NCBI GenBank assembly: GCA_963789265.1
Contig: CAWBKB010000001.1
Coordinates: 160,001-224,000 of the forward strand
Length of the DNA: 64,000 bases
Direction of reading: 5' to 3'
DNA from: an uncultured delta proteobacterium
GTDB taxonomy: Bacteria > Desulfobacterota > Desulfomonilia > Desulfomonilales > Desulfomonilaceae
Position numbers and translations under genes: made by a program. Each line of letters opens with the position of its first letter. Position 1 is the first letter of the stretch. The notes under the pieces were generated by a model. It was not told the origin of the DNA. It did no database searches and saw nothing but the letters and a program-made list of their open reading frames with translations. Below are positions 55,488 to 64,000 of this stretch, piece after piece.

Positions 55488-56762
55488 TCAGTGCTTCTTA
55501 TAGAGATTGCGTCTTCCTGTTCCTTGCGATCCTGCTGCTGAGGAATTCCAATTTTGAGCCTTTGAATTTGTGTTATAATTTTTCGTCGAATTGTTTTGGG
55601 GCTGATAGCTATTACCCTTCGAAAATTCGTAGCTTCTTCCTGTTCCTTTCGATCCTGCTGAGGATTTCCAATTTGGAGACTTTGATTTGGCCTTATAATT
55701 TTTCGTCGAGTTGTTTTGGGGCTGATAGTTATTACCCTTCGAAAATTCGTAGCTTCTTCCTGTTCCTTTCGATCCTGCTGAGGAACTCTTAATTCGAGAC
55801 TTTGATTTTGCCTTGGCGCCCTTGAGGCCTCCTTTTGACTTGCCCTGAATCTGGTTCAGCACATCGGCGTTTACGCTCCGCCCGGTGGCTGTGAGGCCCT
55901 GTGGCTTCGCCGTGAGGTTCTGCTGGTTCTGATTGCTCGTGGGGTACACGCAGTTGCTTGGCACGTTACAAAATTGCTTGGAAATGACCGTTCCCTTTGA
56001 ATCTGTCGTAACTGACGCAAAAGATCCATCGGCAACCTTTTGTGTCACCTGTGTAGTGCCATCAGTTCTTTTTATTGTTCTGCCATTGACGTTTCCATTT
56101 GCATCGAAGCTCCATGCGGTAGTAGTCCCGTTTTGGTCGCGGTCGTAGTCGAATATATTCTTCCCAGTCGGGCCGATAATCCTCTCGCTGTTTGGCGTAG
56201 TGATTGTTTTATTTCCAGTTTGGACATTGGTTGTTGTAGTTGTATTGAATCGGGAGTCGAACTGTGAAGTTGCGACTACTTTACCGCCATCATACACCTT
56301 TGTCATCTGGTTCCCGGACGGATCTGTTGTGGAAGTGGAAACTTTCGTGGTGCGAGCAGGATCAATATTTACGCCATCCTTTCTAATATCGTCGTCATTC
56401 CCTTTGCTCTGCTCGGATGTCTTACTTCCATCTTTGAACGTATGTTCTACGGAAGACGAATAGACGTTTGAGGTGTAATGGTACGTTGCCTGAGTGGTTT
56501 CTCCGGTCTTAGGATCGGATTTCGTTGCCGTAAAGGTTACTTGGCCATCAGCAGTTTCATCGGACTTCACCTGCCATCCGTATGATTTTAATTGGTTAAT
56601 CTTCGCGTGAGCATACTGATCCCCAACCAACTTGGGCTGCTCATCGTTATAATCATCTGCGCGGGCTTGATTCGGAAGCCACGTTGAACACAAGGATATT
56701 GCTCCGAGAACAAGTATTGCCCTCGAAATTGCTGACCGGAAAGACGTTTTTTGTTTGTTCAT
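55488..56762 (-). CDS. Secreted repeat protein sharing its ~140-aa C-terminal tail with 53313-55464
   Basis: AGGAGG RBS, signal peptide, near-identical tail from PQGLTATGRS to RRNLYKKH. Confidence 0.78.
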   Translation of the reverse strand: MNKQKTSFRSAISRAILVLGAISLCSTWLPNQARADDYNDEQPKLVGDQYAHAKINQLKSYGWQVKSDETADGQVTFTATKSDPKTGETTQATYHYTSNVYSSSVEHTFKDGSKTSEQSKGNDDDIRKDGVNIDPARTTKVSTSTTDPSGNQMTKVYDGGKVVATSQFDSRFNTTTTTNVQTGNKTITTPNSERIIGPTGKNIFDYDRDQNGTTTAWSFDANGNVNGRTIKRTDGTTQVTQKVADGSFASVTTDSKGTVISKQFCNVPSNCVYPTSNQNQQNLTAKPQGLTATGRSVNADVLNQIQGKSKGGLKGAKAKSKSRIKSSSAGSKGTGRSYEFSKGNNYQPQNNSTKNYKAKSKSPNWKSSAGSKGTGRSYEFSKGNSYQPQNNSTKNYNTNSKAQNWNSSAAGSQGTGRRNLYKKH

Positions 56763-56914
56763 GGCGCCCCTCCTGGTGTCTTCATTCAGACATGAGCGAA
56801 CCTTTCAAGTATGAAATTTGGCTTAACCGGGTGTTCCTGTCCCGAGCAGTCCGTTTATTGAATTAGATGTATCTTTCCGCTTTCGGATTCAGAATAAATT
56901 ATTTTCTCGGGTGT

Positions 56915-57354
56915 AATACCAGTGCGCCATCAAACAAGTGACAATCCCCGAGAGGATGTAGTGGGGCAGGCATCCTGCCTGCCATTCGTCACCCCGGACT
57001 TCGATCCGGGCTATGTAGGGGCGGACCCGCGTGTCCGCCCGGGGCAGACACATAGGTCTGCCCCTACAATTGATGCCCGCGTACGCGGGCATGACGACAT
57101 GTAAGGGCGGGTTTGAAACCCAATGCTGTTGACTTAGGGGACCTCCGTCTACCCCACCGTCACCCCGGCGAAGGCCGGGGTCCAGGGGAGATTAGGAAAA
57201 CCTGGATTCCGGCCTCCGCCGGAATGACGGGGTGAAGGCCCGTCGAAGGAAAAGCTCCTGGACAAGAGGCATGCGGCTTAAGTCAACAGCATTGGGTTTG
57301 AAACCCGCCCCTACCGGAAGCACGGTGTCACTTGTTTGAAAGCGAATCGGTTTA
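56915..57354. mobile_element. MITE with tcaaacaagtgaca TIR core, copy 2, carrying nested REP and 174-bp MITE
   Basis: Colinear with 4587-4790 apart from inserts. Confidence 0.75.
57121..57294. mobile_element. 174-bp IS4-like MITE, copy 2, inserted in a REP with 11-13 bp TSD (g)ggtttgaaacc(c)
   Basis: Duplication at 57109-57121 and 57294-57306. Confidence 0.85.
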
Positions 57355-57439
57355 TGGACATCAATCAGCCCGATCTCGGTAGGCAGTCAAGGATTGCAGT
57401 TTTCGCGGACCTAATCGAGCATCTTCATAACTTCGCAGA

Positions 57440-57638
57440 GTAATCATTCAGTTTTGTGGGGGATCTTTTGCACCTTGTCATTGCGAGGAGTGCATGGTGG
57501 GACAGGCTTCCAGCCTGTCTATTGGGGATGACGGGCAAGATGCCCGTCCCACCGGCAATCTAAGCGGCGTTTAAAAGAAAAGATTGCTTCGCTCCGCTCG
57601 CAATGACAATCCTTTGCCGCACATAAGTGAATAGTTAC
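57440..57638. mobile_element. MITE with GTAATCATTCA...TGAATAGTTAC ends, copy 3, with perfect 8-bp TSD ttcgcaga
   Basis: TSD at 57432-57439 and 57639-57646. Confidence 0.85.
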
Positions 57639-57726
57639 TTCGCAGAAACGGTCTTCGTGAATGCTGCACATCATTGTGGTATACTCACGGATGAAGGACC
57701 CGCGGTCAATTACTTGGAGAAAAGAT

Positions 57727-57800
57727 TGCAGGCAACCGGAATGGTGAACGATCACACGATTGGTTGCTTTCGAAGGCAGGACATTCTTGTGGGCTACTCA
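57727..57800 (+). pseudogene. Duplicated 3' fragment of tag
   Basis: QATGMVNDHTIGCFRRQDILVGY vs QATGMVNDHTIACFRRQEILEGY at 45061-45129. Confidence 0.8.
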
Positions 57801-57852
57801 GGCAAGATCTCCGAATAGCCCTGTGCTATACGGGTGGCATTTTGCAATTCGT

Positions 57853-58239
57853 CTACCTTTTTGTGCAATATGCGCCAACAAGTCTGCAAGGCCCCCCTTT
57901 TCGCTCACAGCGGCGCATCGCTTTAATTTCCGCCTGCCGGTGGTTCCGCTGCGACCAACTCCAGGCAAGTAACGATCTGTTTCTTCTTGATTGCGCCAGC
58001 CCCGCGCAGCTATGATGCGTAATGGTATAAACAATACAATCGTCTTCACCACAAAGCCTGCGAGCCGTATCCGCGGCCTCGGTCTTCGAATACCCGGTGC
58101 CCCAGACCACCCTGTCTGTAGACTTGGAATACGCAATGGCTCCGTATGGACCCTGGTCGCCTATCTGGCTCGCTAAAGCAGCCGAGACTGCCACCACAGC
58201 GACAAATAACTCCAGCAATGCAAGCAGCTTTGCGTTCAT
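57853..58239 (-). CDS. Exported DUF4189-like protein
   Basis: YGAIAYS...A...C...DC...CAGLA...A...C...C...YC pattern; GGAGG RBS. Confidence 0.8.
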   Translation of the reverse strand: MNAKLLALLELFVAVVAVSAALASQIGDQGPYGAIAYSKSTDRVVWGTGYSKTEAADTARRLCGEDDCIVYTITHHSCAGLAQSRRNRSLLAWSWSQRNHRQAEIKAMRRCERKGGPCRLVGAYCTKR

Positions 58240-58859
58240 ATCTACAGACCTCCATCCCTATTGGCAATCATGAGCCCACCTGCCGACACTCTGTTTTTTT
58301 GATGCGGATTTTCTAAAAAAGATTCATTTTGAACTTTTGGCCGATTGAACCGGTCTCTCGTTGCCTGTCACAGTCAGCCCTCACGAGCGCAAATCCGATA
58401 TCTGCACGTAGCTCCGAACAACCGGTTCCGACCCGGTAGCTGAGGAATTGGTTCACGGGGTGAGATCGGAAATCACCGGTCATCGTCATCGTAGGATGGA
58501 ACGTGCACAACCCTTCGGTTGTCAAACAATAGCTACAGGACTGAAAGAACGGAGAGTGTACGGTGGAAAAGAGGACCGAAGTGCGTGAATGTCGGACACC
58601 CTTGTGGTATACTCATAAGTGAAGAACCCGCACTCAGGGGCTTGGAGAATAGATTTCCGCCAACTCCACCCCTGCGCCTGCCGTAGCAAGCCCCGCCTCT
58701 GAGTTCTACCTTGGCTGGTCGATGGAATTGGGGTATGAGTCCAGTCGCATTCGCGGGGATGCAGTGAGAAAAAACCGAGTGCCTGGGGACGCGGCCGGGC
58801 GAGTTGCGGAATCGCCGACGCTAGGTAGGAGAGATTCTAATACAGGAGACTGACAGGAG

Positions 58860-60371
58860 TTGATCGCTAGGTTATTTCGTATGCAACCGGCAGATCGGAT
58901 TGACGAGAGCGAAGTCTCACGTGGACTACGAGCACTGCTCTACGAAGGCGTTCTCTCGCAGTCCATGGACAGCTTCACTGGGGGAGCACTTTTGGTTGCA
59001 TTTGCTCTCCTGCTCGGCGCCTCAAACACCGCGATCGGACTGCTGGCAGCCGTTTCGCCGTTAACGCAATTACTTCAAATCCCTGCGATCTATCTTGTCG
59101 ATCGGACTTTGTCGCGCAAGACGATTGTGGTGATAAGTTCGTTCTTCAGCCGGATTTTCTGGTTGGTTGTAGCAGTAATCCCCTGGCTTGTGGCGCCCGC
59201 GCAAAGGCTGCCGATCCTGCTTGTGTGCCTCTCCTTTTATTTCGGGCTGGCGTCCGTTGCCGCGTGTGCATTCAATCCGTGGCTGCGTGACTTCGTGCCT
59301 GAAAAGATTATGGGACGCTATTTCGGCAAGCGCATGGCACTCGCTACGGCCGCAGGCGTGGTGGTGGCGGTGCTGGCCGGAGCGGGCCTCGAGATTGCAA
59401 AGTGGTATACGGCCAGCGAATTTCTTCCCTATAGTATACTGTTCGTCTTCGGTGGGATGTCAGGTCTCGCCGGAGTGCTTGTCCAGCGGCGCATTCCCGA
59501 GCCGAGAAAGACCGAGCACGCTCCTCAAAGCATGTTTCAGACATTGGGCCAACCCTTCCGTCATCCAAATTACCGTCGGCTCCTTGTGTTCCTCTGCACC
59601 TGGTTCTTTGCCATCAACTTGGCCGGTCCATTTTACGCTGTGTACATGATTAAACAACTTCAATTGTCCATGGCGTTAGTCGTCGGACTTGGAGCACTGA
59701 GCCAGATCACGAGCGTAATGTCGTTCCACATCTGGGGGGGGGCTGCGGACCGTTTCAGCAACAAGTCTGTTCTGTATGTGTCCGGGTATATGTACATCGG
59801 CAGCGTCCTGCTTTGGCCGTTTCTTGCCCTGTCCGACCGCTGCTTTTTCACGATCCCGTTGCTCGTGGCAGCGCAGGTGTTTATGGGTATCTCTATAGCC
59901 GGCATAAATCTCTGTACAGCGAACATCGCACTCAAGGCAGCACCGCACGGCAGAGCCACCTCGTTCTTGGCGGTGAACACGCTCGTGCATGGTCTCGCAG
60001 CGGCCGCGGCACCGATTCTCGGGGGAGTTATAGCCGACAGGCTGACTGGGCACGAGTTGCCTCTCACGTCTCACGCGTCGTCAGCTCACGCAGCCTCCAT
60101 TCCTGTTTTCTCCGGCTTTGGCCTGCATGGGCTCCACTTCATCTTTTTACTCACCGCGATCCTAGGTTTGTACGCAATGCACCTCTTACGTGTGGTCCGC
60201 GAAGACGGTGAGGCCAAAGAATGGGTTGTCGTTAGACATCTCGCTACCGAGGCCGGAAATGCTTTCCGGCATGTATTCAGATTAGCCGCACTCCAGTATC
60301 TGTATATTTTTCATCTTCATCGTTGTCGAGAAACTGGTGTCGAACCCCAGGAAGGGTTTGAAGGGGAATAA
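58860..60371 (+). CDS. MFS transporter
   Basis: About 12 hydrophobic helices; GRYFGKR and WGGAADRFSNK motifs. Confidence 0.88.
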   Translation: MIARLFRMQPADRIDESEVSRGLRALLYEGVLSQSMDSFTGGALLVAFALLLGASNTAIGLLAAVSPLTQLLQIPAIYLVDRTLSRKTIVVISSFFSRIFWLVVAVIPWLVAPAQRLPILLVCLSFYFGLASVAACAFNPWLRDFVPEKIMGRYFGKRMALATAAGVVVAVLAGAGLEIAKWYTASEFLPYSILFVFGGMSGLAGVLVQRRIPEPRKTEHAPQSMFQTLGQPFRHPNYRRLLVFLCTWFFAINLAGPFYAVYMIKQLQLSMALVVGLGALSQITSVMSFHIWGGAADRFSNKSVLYVSGYMYIGSVLLWPFLALSDRCFFTIPLLVAAQVFMGISIAGINLCTANIALKAAPHGRATSFLAVNTLVHGLAAAAAPILGGVIADRLTGHELPLTSHASSAHAASIPVFSGFGLHGLHFIFLLTAILGLYAMHLLRVVREDGEAKEWVVVRHLATEAGNAFRHVFRLAALQYLYIFHLHRCRETGVEPQEGFEGE

Positions 60372-60507
60372 TTCCCGCGAGTACGTAGGAATTGGGCACA
60401 GACCCGGCCCGGTGCCACGATCATGCCTCCTAAGCGCTTCCGGGATAGATGAATCGCCTCCCTTCCCCCGGACAACGGGAGGCCGCGGGTGGAGGTCTAC
60501 CGCTCTT

Positions 60508-60675
60508 CTAACTATGGGGATGAAGCCCCATTTTCATCATCTGCAGGAAGCTCGTGTGCCGCGGAGTTCTCATTTCCAGGTGACGCATGACAGCTAGTTT
60601 GGCCAGGTCTCCCATGAAGAGCCAAACAATACAGTAAGCCCAGATGACCCCTACGGCTCTCCAGTGGATAGGGGT
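60508..60675 (-). pseudogene. C-terminal remnant resembling a P-type H+-ATPase last TM and tail
   Basis: TPIHWRAVGVIWAYCIVWLFMGDLAKLAVMRHL; no upstream ATPase body. Confidence 0.5.
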
Positions 60676-60857
60676 ATAAGGCCGAAGGGATAAACTACGA
60701 AGAGGGTGTTGTAGAGTTCTTCGATGCTTTGTTGCTGCGCCACGTCGCTGGAGATTTGTTCGATAGTCATTGGCACAAGCCTCTTTGCTAATGAAGAAAG
60801 ACTGACGTGTCTGACCGGCGGCGGTTTCACCGTGCATTAAGAAACAGATGCTTGAGT

Positions 60858-61011
60858 TATACCCCTTGCCAAAAGTTTTGTCCGATTAGAGGTAGTCTGA
60901 CACCGTCATTCCGGCGGAGGCCGGAATCCAGTTTTTTCAACATGTTCTGGACCCCGGCCTTCGCCGGGGTGACGGGTGGTGAACAGGTCATTACTTTTGG
61001 CAACGGCTATA
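60858..61011. mobile_element. MITE with tata(c/g)cc(c/g)ttgccaaaagt TIRs enclosing a gtcattccggcggaggccggaatcca palindrome pair
   Basis: 17/19 TIR match; the inner cassette is the same as in the 174-bp MITE. Confidence 0.7.
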
Positions 61012-61059
61012 ATCTCTGCGCCGTTCCGGGTTCAAGATACCAAAATTATTCTGCAGTTC

Positions 61060-63430
61060 TTAATTTTCCCGGTGATTCTTTACCTTAACCGGTGTTCCCC
61101 GGGTCAAACGGATTTCTTGACCTTGGCACTTGATCTTTAGCAGAGAGCCTTCCCTGAGATTAAAGGTAAAACAATCACGCTCTATGGTGACTTCCACCAC
61201 TTGCCCTTGAACGGTCAAGGGGAAGTGAAGGTGTTTGAGTTTCCGGGGCAGCCTCGGGTTGAACGATAAGCGCCCGCCCCGATCGCGCATGCCGGCCAGA
61301 CCGTAAACGCAAAGCATCCAACTGCCGCCCATGGACGCGATGTGACAACCGTCTTTGACGTTTTCCTCAACATCATCCAGGTCCATGAGAACGGCATAGT
61401 GAGCATAATCCAGCGCCTTATCCAAATACCCGAGTTCAGCCGCAACTATACTCTCGATACAAACCGAAAGGGAAGAATCCCCTGTGGTTAAAGGATCGTA
61501 GTAATCAAATGTGCTTTTCATATATTCCCGGGAAAACTTGTGTCCCAGCAGGAACATTGCCAGGACCACGTCCGCTTGTTTAATTACCTGATGACGATAA
61601 ATTTTCAGTGGGTGAAAGTGGAGGAACAGAGGATATTTTTCGGCAGAGGTATGTTCGAAATCCCAAACCTTCTTGTCCAGGAAGCTGTCATCTTGCGGAT
61701 ATATCTTTAGTTCTTCATCTACCGGGATATACATCTTTTCGGCGGCTCGCCGCCAATCATTAACCTCGGAGGGGAATTCCAAACCGGTTTTCTGCACCAA
61801 GGCGGAAAATCGTTCCGGGTTTTTCCGATGAAGGGTCTCCACCGCAATTGCCGCGTAGGATAGGTTATTTTGCGCCATGAGGTTGGTGTAAAGATTGTCG
61901 TTCACAACAGTTGTGTATTCATCCGGCCCTGTTACCCCGTGGATGCAAAATTTCCCTCCTTTGCGCTCTGAAAAGAACCCCAGGCCGTGCCACATGCGGG
62001 CCGTTTCCACCAGCATCTCCACTCCAGCTTCCACCAGGAATTCTTCGTCCCCTGCCACCTCAACATATTTTTGCAAGGTGTACATTAAGTCCGCATCGAT
62101 GTGATATTGGGCCGTGCCCGCAGCATAATAAGACGAGGCTTCTTCCCCGTCGATCGTCCTCCAGGGAAACAGGGCTCCCCGTTCACCGACTTCTTCGGCT
62201 CGCTTTCGAGCCTTATCCAGCATTCTATACCTGAAATTCAGCAGATTCCGGGCAATTTGGGGGGCTGTGTATATCAGGAAAGGGAGCAAATACATCTCGG
62301 TGTCCCAAAAATAATTACCGTCGTAAGCCTGCCCTGTGAGCCCCTTTGCCGGAATTCCATTCTCCTCCACTCGGACCGAGGCCTGGTGGATTTGGAAGAG
62401 ATTGAACCGCAAGGCTTGCTGCAATTCTCCGGCCCGATGTTTTCGATCAGGGTCACCTTCGATTTGTACGTCGCTCCGGGTCCAGAAATCATCCAGACAC
62501 CGGCGCTGCCCGGCCAGGAGTTTCAAACCCGGAAGCCATGCCCAGGTCCAGGGTCCGCTCGGCCGCACCGCTCAGTTCTTCGAACGACAGGTTGGAGGAG
62601 GTGTGATAGGCCATGAATTTGATGATCTTTGCGGGTATCTCCGGATAAGCATTGAACGACAAAACGACTTTGCCTGCGTCTTCCGAACAATCACTTCTTA
62701 TCGCGCACGAAGAATCCGTTTCAATTTTATGGTCAACTGCGCAGACCACGGCCAAGCAGCTTGTTCCGGTTTCGTGGCCCAACACCATTCGACTCTCCTC
62801 ACAGCGGTGCAGACGGGGGAGCAGCGCTCTACCTTGGCGGTCGCGATGGAGTCGGGGATCGGCTTCCCGCGCCGAATGGCGCGGGTCCAGGCGCATTTCC
62901 GAATAGATGATCACTGGAGCCTCGGCGTTCAACAATGTGACCTCATAGGATATGGCCGCCAGGTGACGCCGTTCATAAGATACAAGCCTTTTCGACCTGA
63001 TAGCGACATGCTTGCCCGAGGCCGTCTCCCAGATGATATCCCGATCTAGAGTCCCGGTCCGAAAATCGAGAATACGCTCAAATTTGATCAGGCGAGCATC
63101 TTTAAGAGAAAAGAGCTCGTCATCCACAAACAGTCTGATGATTTTGCTGTCAGCCACATTGACAATGGCTTGCCCCTCTTTGGCAAACCCGGACAGTTCC
63201 TCTCCATAACAGATAGACCAGGTCTCATAGAACCCATTGATATAGGTACCGTTTTCGAACGCTGAATCACCTTCTTCAAAACTCCCTCGCATTCCCAGAT
63301 AACCGTTGCTTGTGGAGAAGATAGTTTCAGTCTGTGCTAGAAAACGGGGATAAAATTGCCTTTCGACAATCCGCCAAGGGTCAACGGGATAGATGTCCTG
63401 GGGTGGGTTGACGGGTTGGCGTTTTAGCAT
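61060..63430 (-). CDS. Glycoside hydrolase family 65 disaccharide phosphorylase (trehalose/maltose/kojibiose type); frameshift near 62515
   Basis: SNGYLGMRG, KGLTG..Y.G.YFWDTE, VTGPDEY, KQADVVL, DSSLS. Confidence 0.92.
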
Positions 63431-63470
63431 AGCTTACTCCCTCAGATAATAACTGATGGCGAAATCAGCA

Positions 63471-64000
63471 TCAGGATAACAGATCCGCCAGGTCCGTCAC
63501 CACCAAATCAGCCCCGTTTTCACGGAGAGCGTCGGCATCTCCCAGGCGATCAACGCCGATCACCAGCCCGAATTTGCCATTGCGGCCGGCCTGCACCCCG
63601 GAAAGGGCATCCTCCACCACCACGGCCCTTTGAGGTTCAACGCCGAGGATCTCCGCGGCTTTGAGGTAGGCATCCGGAGCCGGCTTCCCCTTCATGTTCA
63701 ACTTGTCGGTCATATTGCCATCAATTCGCGCCTCAAAGAGGTCCGCGAGGCCGGCAGCCTCAAGGACGACCTGGCAATGTTTGCTCGAGGAGACCACTGC
63801 CGTTTTGAGCCCTAACTCGCGGAGATGTCGGAGCCAGGCCACCGTCCCTGTGAAGACTTCGACACCCTCCGACTTCAAGTCTTTCTCGAACAGCTCGTCT
63901 TTGCGGTTTCCCAGACCACAAATCGTTTCTTTATCCGACGAGTCTTGAGGGTTTCCGTAGGGCAATCTGATGCCTCGTGAATCGAGAAAGCTTTGAACTC
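63471..64000 (-). CDS. Beta-phosphoglucomutase-family HAD hydrolase (5' end outside window)
   Basis: VVSSSK, GKPAPD, VVEDALSGVQAG; adjacent to GH65. Confidence 0.88.
   Translation of the reverse strand, partial: VQSFLDSRGIRLPYGNPQDSSDKETICGLGNRKDELFEKDLKSEGVEVFTGTVAWLRHLRELGLKTAVVSSSKHCQVVLEAAGLADLFEARIDGNMTDKLNMKGKPAPDAYLKAAEILGVEPQRAVVVEDALSGVQAGRNGKFGLVIGVDRLGDADALRENGADLVVTDLADLLS

Noticed and set aside
58600..58850. Structured ncRNA upstream of the MFS gene
   Set aside because: GC-rich, but no recognisable RNA family motif by eye; would need an Infernal/Rfam scan.

Overview
Accessory region, probably from a Desulfomonile-like deltaproteobacterium (inferred from protein style, not verified). 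Bases 1-50 kb hold an exported proteolytic-signalling locus. It has six signal-peptide TPR-CHAT proteases plus remnants, three exported C14 caspase-like proteases (one fused to DUF4384, two to SEL1 repeats), an ECF sigma/anti-sigma pair, two TPR-OmpA proteins, a CHASE2 class III cyclase, a DUF4384-papain with an adjacent chagasin inhibitor, and two paralogous double-TM coiled-coil proteins, each just downstream of a CHAT gene. Main observation: in all six CHATs the usual Glu of the RLPxTxxE motif is Leu, and the preceding loop carries Met-Ser/Ala where Arg-Gly/Ser is usual. Met-Gly/Cys recurs at the analogous linkers of partner proteins. This suggests (inference) a co-evolved Met-specific CHAT cascade running beside Lys-directed caspases. 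The rest comprises small TA modules and remnants, tag, htpX, secreted ankyrin/repeat proteins, an MFS transporter and a GH65/beta-PGM pair. Intergenic DNA is crowded with nested MITE/REP elements, some with clear target-site duplications. Many genes are split by single-base indels that look like long-read sequencing errors. No CRISPR array, rRNA, tRNA or transposase was seen.
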